A stretch of DNA of 52,616 nt, filler included, from Bipalium vagum (lineage: Eukaryota), in assembly GCA_037834085.1 (NCBI GenBank). It is 3 parts of 3 records of this genome, joined end to end, with 100 filler letters (N's around TTAATTAATTAA, not from the genome) between each part and the next. Parts side by side here need not be neighbours in the genome. Positions count along the whole stretch, not along the records: positions 1 to 19,394 come from JBBMKC010003862.1; positions 19,495 to 36,908 come from JBBMKC010066510.1; 1 more part is not named here. The stretch is one strand, 5' to 3'. The notes beneath the pieces were generated by a model that saw nothing but the letters and a program-made list of their open reading frames with translations, did no database searches and was not told the origin of the DNA. The translations under genes and the position numbers were made by a program. Numbering within the stretch: the stretch's first letter is position 1; every line of letters starts with the position of its first letter. Positions 12,206-24,799 of the stretch are shown here, in pieces.

Positions 12206-12640
12206 CAGGGTGAACATAAAATACGGAGACAGGTAAAAATCTATTTAAGTTTCGTGAATTTGAAAGAAATTAATTGAGAATTATATGCATTAGTAAATAT
12301 GACATTTATTTAACATTAAAGCCAATAATTTTCGAAATGGCCACCATGAACATATATGTAGAGGGTTAACCGCTTAATAAGACTTTCAGCTGATGTTCGC
12401 AGTATTTCTGAAGGTATTTCATCCCAAGACTTGGTTATGGAAGTGCGTAAGGTGGTCAGATTGATTTTCATATTTCTGGCCACATCACGAAATTTTATTT
12501 GTGGATTTCGATAAATTTTGCACTTGATTATGTTGCGAAGTTCAGGGTGATTTGACATAGTTCCAATCTCTTGGTATCTTTTTATGGACTTATAAACAGT
12601 TGATCTCAGAAAATAAAAACTTAACAAATAGATAATTATA
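12206..12640 (-). mobile_element. Internally deleted Tc1/maT-like transposon
   Basis: TA-CAGGGTGAAC terminus at 12206. ORF 12316-12735 joins the HTH (RSTVYKSIKRYQEIG...KIYRNP) directly to the C-terminal tail (KSWDEIP...RL....HGGHFE), with no DDE core. Confidence 0.65.
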
Positions 12641-12899
12641 TAATTTTCAATAACACACCTACATAAAATTAATTTATTTTTGTCATGTGTTTGATGGATT
12701 GTAACATAGAAACGATATTTAACCTTTAATATCACTTTCTTTAAATCGTTTTATTACTTGATTTATTAATTCTTGTTTTATTTTTAAAATTTATTTTGTT
12801 ATTTTAGTTCTTCTAATTCTGGTTTCATATTTGATTTTTATTTTCTTTTGTTTTCCTATTTTCAGATTTTTTATTATTACTAACATTTTATCAACTTTA

Positions 12900-13240
12900 C
12901 TATTCACAAAAAGATTGCCTTCAGCAAAAATGCGGCTTTTCTAGTGGTGATACTTTGTGACATCAACTATGTTATTACGAATTACATGGTCAAATACCGA
13001 AGGTGTGGTTTGTATATTACAACGAAATTTTCCAGTAGCATCTCTTTGATTATTAATATTTTTTTATTAAATTCAATATTACTTTCTTTGATCTTGTTAA
13101 TTTTGGTTAGCCAAATCTTTTTTTTGATTTAAGACTACCTGTAGATTAATATCTTTTGACTGTCTTCTGTACAGCACCTTGTGGCATCATCGTCTCTTTT
13201 GTAATGCGACCAGGCGTATATCCAATTTTTCATAATGTCA
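12900..13240 (-). mobile_element. Tc1/maT-like transposase N-terminal remnant
   Basis: Minus strand ITKETMMPQGAVQKTVKRY*STGSLKSKKRFG*PK (HTH followed by a GRP-like linker). Confidence 0.45.
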
Positions 13241-14020
13241 TAATGATACACTAAGATTTCCTGTTGATAATTCTGTTAGCTTTAATTGCAAAATCTATTT
13301 ATAAACATATCGATTTCTAATTGATATTTTAATAAAACAATTTTTGATATGTGTACTCAGACTTTAGTTTTTCGTAATAAAATTTACCTTCCTAACAATT
13401 GTAAACATTCCCATAATTAAAAGTTTAAAAAATAATTAAAAAGATGAAAAAATAAATTAAAAATATTATATTAAAAAGTCTAATAATACAAAATGAAGAA
13501 AAATACTGAAAATTAATAGGTTAACAATGTTAAATCTTTTACATACTAACAAATCATTTTACAATAGTAAAAAAAATGTTTGAGAATATCAAATTTTTCT
13601 CAGTAAATCATTAAAACATTGTTATAAATATTTGGCAGGATTTCAAAATCGACATACTTGTAAAATAGCGAAAAAATATTTCGCGAATCTTGATGTCATT
13701 TCATTTGATAGTTGACAACAGTAGATTGAGATAATTCATATTTTTTGACTAATCCCGATTGTTTCATAGTTTGTTAATCATCTGAAATGCTGATTTTAGT
13801 TTCTAAACATAAATATTTTATTTTAGCATTCATTTTTATATTTTTAGGATTTATTTTTAAAATTTTTGGATTTCTGTGGAAATGTAAACAAATTTAATAT
13901 AAAATATTGTATTAAGCGACATTAAAGAATTAAATAAGATTTAATTTCAAACGTAATAAATGATTTATCATATTACGTGATATCGACTTAAGCGATGCTT
14001 TTATATATCAAAATTATATA

Positions 14021-15256
14021 CTACTGTGTACAAGTTCTGGTAGAATTTTATTAAAGAACATGACAATTTTCATTTATTCATCTAAATCTATTTCATCTCC
14101 TTCAAAATAGTCCCCGTCGGCTGCAATACACTTTTGCTAACGTGCTCGAATGGTCATCATTTTTTTCTTCGATTCGGCTGTTATCTAAATTGAGCCAAAA
14201 TAGTTTCCAAGGAGGATTCGTTTTAGTTTAGAGAATAGCCAGAAATCACATGGAGCTAAATCAGGCGAATAAGGTGGTTGTGGAATGATATTAGTTGAAT
14301 TTTTTGGCGAAATGGTCTCGAATAATCAATGCGGTGTGAGCGGGTGCATTATAGTGGTGCAAAAACCATGGGCTGTCTTTCTATAAATCCGGCCTTTTGA
14401 ATCGAATATCTTCAAGCAAACGACGCATGACACTAAAATTCTTTGTTAACTGTTTGGTCCGCTGGAAGAAATTCGTAATACACCACACCGCGATAATTAA
14501 AGAAAACAGTCAACATGACCTTGATTTTGAGCGACTTCGGTGCGATCTTTTTGGTCTTGCCTCACCTTTTGCACGGTATTCGCTGGATTGATCGGTTTTT
14601 CAGGGTCGTATGAATCAATTCACGCCTCATTTTCTTTTATCATACATTTCATCTTGTCAGGATAGTCAGAAAACCATGTTTCACCGACTTCAACGCGATA
14701 CTGTTTTTCTAAGAAATTGAGTGTTTTTGGAACCAAACGAGATTTGACTTGTTTCAAGCATAAAAAATCTTTTAAAATGATGTTGATTGATAAAAAGTTA
14801 AATTTAAAAATAAAAACTTAAATTCCAACCGTATCAGCAAGGTCTAGTTGTTAATCAACGATTTTTCAGTACTAATTTTTTGATTTGCTTGACATGTTCT
14901 TTATCAATCTATATTCTTTTTTCGTCTTCAACACTTTCTCGATCCTCTTTGAACAATCTACGCCATTTAAAAACACTTGATCTTGACAGAGTCCCTTAAC
15001 ACCTTCAACATTCTCAACACTTTAACAGTAGTAACAATTTTGTGCACTTTGTTGAATATTTTCAGACATCCTAAAAATAGAAAAATCAATTTTATTTATT
15101 AACAGACATAAACTCAATTAATTAACTAATAAATGAAATGGAGTTAAAATTTACTAGATGTTATAGACAGTATTTCAACATAATATATAAAGTATCAAAA
15201 TGCGAAACCCACAAATTACAATTTTTTAAAATCCTGCCTGAACTTGTACACAGTAG
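14021..15256 (-). mobile_element. Near full-length degenerate mariner (DD34D), 1236 bp
   Basis: ~29-bp TIRs starting CTACTGTGTACAAGTTC (3 mismatches), TA on the left. Minus strand LHHYNAPAHTA (catalytic D mutated to Y) and IPQPPYSPDLAPCDFWLFSKLK (14223-14286). Confidence 0.9.
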
Positions 15257-16930
15257 TCTATTAAAAATGGTCCGATTAATGATATCGTAATATCCACATA
15301 ATCGTATTAACCGACTTCCACTGTATCATGAAATGAATTATGCAATAGCTTACGATTTAGAAAGAAAATAAATTATAAAATTCTTTATAATATTATTTTA
15401 TATTTACAGTCAGTCAAATGTGATTTAGAAAATATAACAATTTTAAAAATTTCATGTAATATTCAAATAATAAAATCAAGAATCGTGTTTTATTGACCAA
15501 CAGGGTAAAAAAATTTATACAAAATTGGTTGATCAAATTAAAAACTTGATATAATTTGTTCAAAAAAAAATCATATTAATAATGAAACAAAAAAAATTGA
15601 CCAAGTTATAAAAAATTTATTAAAAATAAAATATAATAAAAAAACAATTAAACAAGTATTAATTTTTAATTATTTTAAAATGAATTGTGAATTCTTCCTT
15701 TGAATATTCGTTTTTCACATCCATTCATAAAGGTAAAATTACAAAATCTCCATTGCAATGACCTTAACATTGAGTTTTCCCAATATAATTTCTATTCTCT
15801 TTGTATGAACAATGGTCTCCCTGTTTACAAAATTCATATTATGATTTACAGTCAGATGTATCTATTTTTCGACTGTAAAAAATTGCGGTTAAGATATCCA
15901 TTTATCACTCATTATAATTGGAGCGTGCTGCAGTACAATAATTAACAATGTAGCATGTTTTCTATCTTTTTTAAAAGTAACTTTTACGAATAATAAACAA
16001 GTACCATACATTTATTAATCTAATCGATAAATGAGTTAATTTTATTATTTATCTTTGATTCTTTCAATTGATTTTCCATTATTGCCATATTTGCATTGAC
16101 TTTATTGATTGACAGTTATTTTATTTGACATATTTATTTATTAACATTTATTTCATTTCTGTCTATTATTAGTTTTAATTTTGTTATTTGTTAATAATTT
16201 GATATTTACAGCTGTTACTTGTTGATATAATCAACAAACTCAGTAATACAATCAAGTATATTTATATCACAATACAATATTAATTCAAATAGACAATGAA
16301 ATCAAAAATTAACAATGATATAAATCACAAAATTATCAATAAAATTCTCTAATAACAATGATATCAATTACTAAATTGTCAATAACATAATCGATAGCAA
16401 ACGATATCAAATTGGAATGCAATTGTTGTCATTCATTAGGCAAACAGAATATTTATTGAAATAATCAAATTCTTTGGTGTTAAGAATTACAATGTACATT
16501 TATCTAAGGTCATTAATTTTTTTAACACTTGATGCGATTTTTTTGTTTATCAAACAGGATTGACTGGAAATGGATTTAAGTATCAAGAAAACACAATTAT
16601 GAATGAACCCGAAGTGAATTCGCTATGTAAAATTGCATTGCCTACTAATGATGAAATACTATCCATAGATAAGGACCTTGTTTTAAGTTCATAAAATTAT
16701 GATTATGTTAATGTTGATTTTGAATCAATAGATATTGATGATTCCAGTCATTCCAGTGTTAATTGGTCATTTAAAAAAGATGATCATGAAAGTATATCTA
16801 AATTCAAGAACGAGTTAATTTTTGATACTCCTGCAATATCTAACATATTTTCATTTATTATTCAGTATTCATTTATTCACGAATCACAACGAATTGTTTG
16901 AGACTATATATTTTACATTCATTAAATTAC

Positions 16931-17132
16931 AATCATTACATTCTGATTCTTGTTGTCTATGTACCTTGACGATGAAGCCTTTGAGAGTTATTTCAAATAA
17001 TTATGACTCAAATCCCCCAGGAGTTTTGTATTGATGAGCCGATCGATGTGAAATTGAAAACACCAACGAAAATAACTCTCCAGGGCTTTGTCGTCAAGGT
17101 TGATAGACAACAAGAATCAAAATGTAATGATT
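16931..17132. repeat. 63-bp inverted repeat pair with 76-bp spacer
   Basis: 16931-16993 versus the reverse complement of 17070-17132: 56/63 identical, ungapped. Confidence 0.9.
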
Positions 17133-17199
17133 ACAGAAAAACGTGTTCTACTTTAAATTCTGATCAAATATTTCACGGTCTTCGTAAATGTAACGATCA

Positions 17200-17620
17200 A
17201 TCTAATGAAATGTTGGAAATATCAGTTGATTGTTATCAGTTGAAAGTGGTGCTAATAATTCTTTATCAGGTGTGCAGCCAATAATTTATTTTCATTTGGC
17301 TCAAGTATGGTATCAACTTTATAAAGGAGAAGAGGGACAAGGTTCATTTCATCACCAGACAAATATTGTCTCCATTCACACCAGTTTCACAAACACATTT
17401 ATCAATAGTACTATCTTCCACAGTTTCTAATTTGTCTTAATTATCTCTATCCTATCAAAACAGCTTAATTCCAATAACTACCAATGAACAATTTCCAACA
17501 AATTTGATACCTTCCATACCCACAGAATATTCCAAATCTTATGACCCAAGCTGGTTAAATATATGGTAGAGCATTTCCCTCAAATGTGAATTGTCTCCAA
17601 CTTTGATCGTTGGAGACAAG
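17200..17620 (+). mobile_element. Possible Penelope-like retroelement RT-thumb remnant
   Basis: Frameshifted pieces resemble PLE Y.H..S....YK / LPY......KL.....FP motifs and lie next to the inverted repeat. Weak. Confidence 0.3.
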
Positions 17621-18309
17621 ATAAAAATAATAAATACCAGATAAAAATAATATCTTTTGAAATTTTTCTTACCTTTCATATTATAAAGGATAAATAAAAT
17701 CAAGCCATTTTTGAAATTTTATTAAAAACAACATTTGTCGCTAAGATCCAACCATCGTACCGGAATTATAAGATAATAAATTAATATAATAATATATTTA
17801 TTCATTCAAAATTAACACTGATTATTTCAATAAATGTTCTGTTTACTTATTATAGAGTGGTAACCATTGCATTCTGGAGATCATCAGGCTCAGGAGAAGC
17901 TAAAATTTTTAAAATTTTCACAAATTAAATAAAAAATTAATATATTTAAAATAGTTAAATATTATAAGTATTTGAAATGACATAATAAAACAATTACATA
18001 TATAACTTATAATTTTAAAATTAATTTTTTAATGTTTAAACATATTTTCCGCACAAAATATTTTTATTACAATCTTAAATAAATACATATCGAAAAGAAT
18101 AATAAAAATATTTCATTTCAACTAAAGTAAACTTTTTCCGATGCTCCAAGTGCTCGATGTTGTTTTTGAAGATTTTATCCGTGTTGGTACATAGATCCTT
18201 TACATGGATAATAACTAGATATGAATAAATGTTGACGTTGGGAATCGTTTAATTATAAATTTGGCTGTAACATTTAACAGAGATTCGCAGTGACAATGAG
18301 AGTAAAATC

Positions 18310-18456
18310 ATATTTTCTATTATTTATATTAATCATTTTTTTATTTTCAAAAATTTGGTTTAATATTTTTTGTTCAATCTCTTTTAAAAATTTTAAATTT
18401 ACAACATCATTATCATTAATAGGATTAGGAATATTTATTATTTTATTATTATTCAT
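18310..18456 (-). pseudogene. Polinton-type fibre/stalk-like protein fragment
   Basis: MNNNKIINIPNPINDNDVVNLKFL matches the MxxxKIxNxxxPxxxxDAVNxxY trimeric stalk/neck motif of viral fibres. Same strand as, and adjacent to, the pX-like gene. Confidence 0.5.
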
Positions 18457-18713
18457 CTATTATAAATATAATAAATAATCAGTATACATCATTATTTCAT
18501 TCAAATTGAATTGTCTCATTAGCTCTCTATAAGATAATTTTAATTCTTCGACTACATCTGTCCAATTATAATCCAAAAATGTATCATGATAAAAAAAACA
18601 AAAAGATAAGAATATCATTTTTAAAATTAAATTTTGAGTTTGCGAAAAAATATTGTTCGGAAAATTTTTTAAGTTGGGAAAACGAGGCTACGGCTCAAGC
18701 ACCTTCGGTGTGC

Positions 18714-19265
18714 TTATTTACTTTTCTCGAAAGGGTTAAAGTAAAGACCATTTCCTTGTTTAATTATTTTAATTTTATTTTTACAAAGCTTTTGCAGTAA
18801 TTCCTTTAAATCTTTCCTTTTAGATTTCTGTAAACTTTTATATTTTGAACTATTTAAAATTGTATCTCTCAACCATTTTCCAAAATATGGATCATAATAT
18901 AAACCTGCTCCAGTTGTTACTTCTGTGGACAGTTTTGGTTTCAACTTCATTTCTAACTTCTTTTTTTCCAATTCAATCTTTTCTTTCTCTACATTATTTT
19001 TTTGAGCCCCTTGATTTTTTAACAGCTGTTGCAACTCCTCCAACAACTTCACCAGCTGCTCCTTAGCCTGCAAATATAGCACCTAAAATTGGAATTAGTG
19101 GAAGAACATCAACTGATTTTTGTTCATTGGTTTGATCAGCTTTTTCTTTAATTTCATTAATTATCTTTTTACTTAAATAATATTTTCTCCGTTAAATGTA
19201 ATATATTTTTGTCTACCTGTCTCAATATAATTTATTGTAATTTTTGTTCGGTGATTTCAAGCATT
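18714..19265 (-). pseudogene. Polinton/Maverick (adintovirus) pX/mu-like core protein, pseudogenised
   Basis: 19104->19021 reads LPLIPILGAIFAG*GAAGEVVGGVATAV (stop at 19063-65). A 1-nt shift in the A-run near 19015-19020 leads into ORF 18714-19082, which has GAGLYYDPY and GNGLYFNPF motifs and a Lys-rich basic tail. Confidence 0.7.
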
Positions 19266-19394
19266 ATTTTTTAGAAAAAATTTTTCAAAATTGTTACTAT
19301 TATACTAAAACTAAAACTTAGCAACGTGTGCTCGTCTGCTCGTGACTCCTCACTTTTTATAACTCGTTGTGTTCGTAATTCCTCTCAACCTTTT

Positions 19395-19494
19395 NNNNNN
19401 NNNNNNNNNNNNNNNNNNNNNNNNNNNNNNNNNNNNNNTTAATTAATTAANNNNNNNNNNNNNNNNNNNNNNNNNNNNNNNNNNNNNNNNNNNN
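19395..19494. other. Artificial contig-joining spacer
   Basis: 44 N + TTAATTAATTAA (stop codons in all six frames) + 44 N, exactly 100 bp. An identical copy is at 36909-37008. Confidence 0.97.
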
Positions 19495-19522
19495 AATAAT
19501 AATAATAATAATAATAATAATG

Positions 19523-19571
<49 letters not shown>
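19495..19571. repeat. (AAT)n microsatellite at contig end
   Basis: Direct reading. Confidence 0.95.
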
Positions 19572-19573
<2 letters not shown>

Positions 19574-20674
19574 GTTTACTCAACAAATATTATTATTAAT
19601 AACTTGAAAAGAAAATTTAACTAAGCTTTATTTCAAATATATATATATTTATTTCATTATTAATATTAATATTAATAATAATCTTTTGTATACAATGTAT
19701 AACTTTTTATATTTTTATTATTTTTGATTTTAGTGAAAATTTTCATATAAAAATAATTTTATTAAGCTTTAATATTCTTAATAATTTTATAAATTCTTCT
19801 TTTAAAGAGAACGAGACCAAATCAAATTTAACGGAATTTTAATTATAATAATTATTATAAAATTAATATAGGTTATGAAATCTCTATGTAATTTAAATTG
19901 CTTTTAAGAATTTTTCTCATCAATAATGAAATGAAACAGAAAAAGTGTATAAAAACAAAATCATTTATTAAAAATTTTATCCAAAATCATTTTTAAAAAT
20001 AATATCCAAAAGCCTTTTCTTATACACCTTATTTTTATAAATCATTGGTAATATTAATATCAATTGTCTTACTTTCAATAACACGACATTATTAGAATAA
20101 TTTTTATTTAGTGATAAAATAAATAATATCTAAATAAATTTTCTCAGACCTGAAAATTCTTTTTTAATTTTAAAATAAGTTTACTTTTAAAATTTCATAC
20201 ATACATTTTTAAAATATTTTAAAATATTAAATAATATATGCACTTAAGATTTAGCATGATTACTTTTTAAAATAATTACAATAAACAAATAATAAAAAAA
20301 TTCCTCTGATCTGTTTAGCCTCTTCATAGGTAAAAAGTATCGTCATTCAAAAATTTGTCCAAAAATATTTCTTTCATGGGAAATTAATGATTTTGTATTA
20401 TGGGTTCCAAAAACAATTTGGATATAATCAAAACTGTTTTAAAAATATATTTTAATTAAGATTTTTCTATATCTGATGTGTCTCATATTTGTTGGATTCC
20501 TATAATAATAAAGATAATAACTAAATAATGATTATAACAATAAAACTTTGAAAAAATATTAATTAATATCTAAAATAATAATTATTATATATTTTTTAAA
20601 ATATTTTTATTTCACCTTGAAGGACTAAATAATTTTGAAAAAGTATTATGAGACAGCTTAGCAAGCTCATTATA

Positions 20675-21970
20675 CATGGTCTTCCAAAAGAAACTTTACT
20701 ACTTTAAGTCCCTATTTCTCCCTACATAAAAATTAAAAAGCCTAATTTTATTTACACTTTTATTAAAACACAGATATTACAAAAATTTATATTTTAAATA
20801 TGATATCATTAAAATGACCGCCTCTGGAAGCCTTACAAGTTTGGGCTATTTTTATGGAATTTTGCATAACTTTTTGGCAAAAGTCAATTGAATGTTGTCT
20901 TTGTCCGAAATGTTGTCTTTGAGTTGTGTAATAGTTTTTGATTGATTAATATAAACTTTATCTTTTAGATATCCCCATAACAAATAGTCTGGAGCCGTCA
21001 AATCTGGAGATCTGGGAGGCCAATCAACATTATCAAAACGTGAGATCACGCTAGATGGGAAAGTTTCGTTTAATAATGCAATTGTTTTCCTATTTGTATG
21101 GGATGCGGCACCATCTTGCTGAAAGTAAATATTCTCTACATTAAAATCATTCAGATAAGGCTTAAGGAATGTTTCTATCATGTGTCGATATCTCTCTGCG
21201 TTACTGCAACTGTTTTATCTGCAAAAGTATGGACCAATTACACCTCTTCCCCATATTCCACACCATACAGTAACTTTTGGTGAATGTAATGCTTCTTCCT
21301 TCAAAACATAGGGTTGCTTTGTTGCCCAAATTCGATAATTTGTTTATTAAAAACACCTTCACTCAAGTGAAAATGACTTTCATCATTCATAATGATTTTT
21401 TTCCAAAAATGAGGATCCGCAATTGATCTTTCTAACAACCAATTATAATAATTTAGGCGACTTTGATGTTCTGATTCTTTAAGCTTCTGAACTACGGTAA
21501 GCTTATAGGCTTTCATATGCAAATCTTCATTCATTATCCGCGACAAACCGGACTTTGAGCGGTTTAATTCCTTTGCTCTATGACTGATTGAGGTGCATTT
21601 ATTGTCTTCAATGGTTTCTCGTGTACTTGCAATATTTTCAAGTATACACGCAGATCGAGGTCGTTCAGATTTTGGTATATCTGCTACCGAGCCAAATGCT
21701 TCAAAAGCATTAACCAGGTTGTAAATTGTTGGTTTTGATGGACATTTGTTTTTCTCAAATTTTGAATTTAACTTTTTAACGGTTACTGAAATTGAACTAC
21801 CGCTTTGATAAAATATTTTGACAATTTCTGCCCGTTTTTGCATATTATAACGATCCATATTTAATTTTCAAATGTTTAGCTAGAATAATATTAAATATTA
21901 ATTTATTTAAACAAAAACTACTCAGTCTTTAATATGTTAAAAGTAGTAAAGCTTCTTTTGGAAGACCTTG
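20675..21970 (-). mobile_element. Full-length DD41D (rosa/Visitor-type) Tc1/mariner transposon, frameshifted, 1296 bp
   Basis: 31-bp TIRs CA(T/A)GGTCTTCCAAAAGAA(A/G)CTTTACTACTTT with TA on both sides. ORFs 21301-21858 (HTH, MNDESHF) and 20852-21181 (FQQDGAASHT...WPPRSPDLTAPD). I count 41 residues between the second and third catalytic D. Confidence 0.93.
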
Positions 21971-22259
21971 TATATGTAGAGTATTTTTGTGACATCGTGT
22001 AATAAATTTAGTGTTATCATAAATTGTTTTATTCTTCTCAAGGTTTCATTGGAACATAAAAATCCTAAAATTTGAGAATCAGATTAAACGTAGTTGGTTA
22101 ATATGAAAATTTAATATATTCCAACAGACAATCAAAGTAAAGAGTCTGAAATGGAAAATACTCCTCAAAATATATTACATAAATTCATCGCTAGTATTAG
22201 TATCATTAAAAGAATACTTGCGAGAAACTATTTATTTGTATCTGAAATATAAAAACTAA

Positions 22260-22957
22260 TTTTTTGAGGATACCCTAAAGTGGTTATATTAATTAATATA
22301 AAGATAAAATTAATTGAAAGGTACCCCAAAATTGCTATTAAATCTTTAACATGAGAAAGGTGTTTTACTTATGACAAGATTCGGTGACATACATATTTGA
22401 TCAGTCTAAAAAAATTATTGTTGAATTCTTTAACCACAACTACCATATAGCTCTGAGATTGCACTATTCATTTTAAAATTCACCATTATTAAAAACTCTC
22501 GTTGGAGATTTCAATATTCAATCACCTTTTTGGTTAATTAAATAATGCAGTTTAAAATGAAATCATGTAATTATTTCATTGATTTCTTGGTCAGGAAATT
22601 ATTGAGATGCTTAAAGAAATGGTAATCCGTTGATGTCAGTTCTCAGGCATATGGTGAATACTGCAGACTTTCTATCCCTGGTTCAGTAAGTTTTGCAAAG
22701 TTTGTTGCATAAATCTGACTGTGCATTGTCATGACACAAGATTACTTCATTCCTGATTACCATCAGGTTTTTATGCTTAATTTTAGGTAAGCTATTTTTA
22801 GATCTGATCAATAATTTTCTGCAGTCATAGTTTTACCATAATTATAATCGATTCAGAATGCAAAATAACTTGTTTTTGCAGCTTTACCATAAAAAATATT
22901 TAAAGGTTGCAAAAATAACTATTGAAATGGGACATTTCATGTGAAATAACCTAATAA
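22260..22957 (-). mobile_element. Degenerate, deleted mariner (cecropia/Hsmar1-like motif)
   Basis: Minus strand LCHDNA and SPYA*ELTSTDYHFFKHLNNFL (cf. YSPDLSPTDYHFFKHLDNFL). TATTAGGTT.. terminus near 22955. Confidence 0.65.
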
Positions 22958-24060
22958 AATATTTTAGTGTAAAATTATTCTTAAATTAAGTTTCATAATT
23001 TAAAATATTCATATTTTCCGTATATTTTTAAAACTTTTGGGATAAAATTTTAGTAAAAAATCTAATAAATTTTACTAAAAAGATATTAAAAATTATTACT
23101 ATTATTAAATTATTTAAATTAAATACGATATCAAATTTATTAAATAAATATATTTTTAAAATATTTGAAATTTTTAAAAATTTTCCAAAAGTGTAATACA
23201 TATTTCTTAGTTAACATTTTAAAATATTTTTTATTTTTTAAAAAATATTTTATGCCAATATAAAAGAAATTTCCCTTCTTATGAATAGTTTATATATAAT
23301 TGAATTAAATTAGTTCTATTAATTATTTCTTACATGGATAATATTTTGACAATTTCTTTTAATTATTAAATTTTGATTAATGTTAACAAGATATTGCAAG
23401 TATATTAATGTTTTCTTTGATGATATTTAAATATTGAAGACCAAAATACTTTTTAAAGAAAAATATTAATTTTAATTAATTTTTTTTCTTCTAATATAAC
23501 ATTTTTAATTGAAACCAAAAAATATTTATTACATTTAAGTAAATAAATTCAAACCTTTAAAAAAATTTATTATAAATGTTACTTGATGGGTTGATACTTC
23601 GACATGCTTATTATCCAGAAAAGCTTCAAAATGTTATGTTAAGTCGTGATGATTATAAAGTGTATTACTAAATGCCCAGCTATTATGATTCCGTTTTTTC
23701 AATTCTCCTTTTCTCAGATGTTGTTTAAACCATTTAGAAGTAATTATAAAGAAAATATTGATTATTATTAATATTACCAAATTAGGAAAATTATAAAACT
23801 AATAGGATGAGATTAATTTTGTTGCTGTCAATCAAAATTAGGACTTTTCATATCTTATGTTAGACAATCTAATGTTGTGTTGAAATTTTGGCCCAATTTC
23901 ATAATGGATAAAGAAAATAGACATGTCTTACTTAAAGAATAGGTCTACAGAATATCAGCGTACAAATTCATGGAACAATTCAAATTAAATGTAGGAACAA
24001 AATAAGTTACCGTATTAAATTATATCACGGTGAATATGAAATTTCGAACAACTTTAAATA

Positions 24061-24599
24061 AAGTCTACCCTCGATTTAACGAAATTTTTTCTTAATTTAA
24101 AAATATTTCTCTTTATTTTTCCATCATTGTAACGAAACTTTTGGAAATTAATATTTTTCAATTTGAATGTACTCAAAACAAGGAATTTGTTTAAATATAT
24201 TATCTAATATTTGGTTGGTTAGTTTTGGTTAATAATTTTTTTTGAATATTATTGAATATTTCTTTTCACTAAATGACACTTTCATCTTTATTTTGAAAAC
24301 TAAACGCTAATCATCTAGAACTTTAAAAAAACGACATAAGTTTACTTTAATTGAAAACATGGAAATTATTGATATCTCAATAACAACAGCAGTCACTCTG
24401 AAATTGAAGAAAATCCCAAGAACAACTATAATTGGAATCATCAAAACGAAAGATAAAATAATGAGAACCATAGTTAGTTCTATGAAATAAAAATATATTT
24501 AAATTATTGAAAACATTGTCTATTTAAACATGAAAATGAAAAATATAACAACTCTTAGGTTCATTCCATGAAGGTGTTTTGTAAATCGATGGTTGACTG
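24061..24599. mobile_element. Old pogo-type MITE
   Basis: Imperfect TIRs AAGTCTACCCTCGATTTAACGAA / reverse complement CAGTCAACCATCGATTTACAAAA, TA on both sides. Confidence 0.5.
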
Positions 24600-24799
24600 T
24601 ATTTGAATTCTTATTGTTGAAAATCATGTGGATTAAAAATTGTATTTCTTTATATTAGAAGAAATATTTATGTTTATAAATTTTGAATTCATATATATTT
24701 TAGAAATATTTCTGTTTACTATTACTGATCGGAAAATTTTCGCGAGCCGCTCTTCTATTTCAATTTGAACTGGGTGAATCTTTGCGATGCTTTTGGTAG

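Noticed and set aside
15690-15960. Cys-rich remnant of an unclassified DNA transposon
   Set aside because: The motif cannot be reconstructed in a consistent frame.
17850-18310. Possible hAT dimerisation-domain remnant
   Set aside because: Only a faint TL.VT pattern; too decayed to support.
19439-19450. TTAATTAATTAA palindrome recurring at 36953-36964 as a biological motif
   Set aside because: It is centred in identical N runs totalling 100 bp; a six-frame-stop assembly linker.
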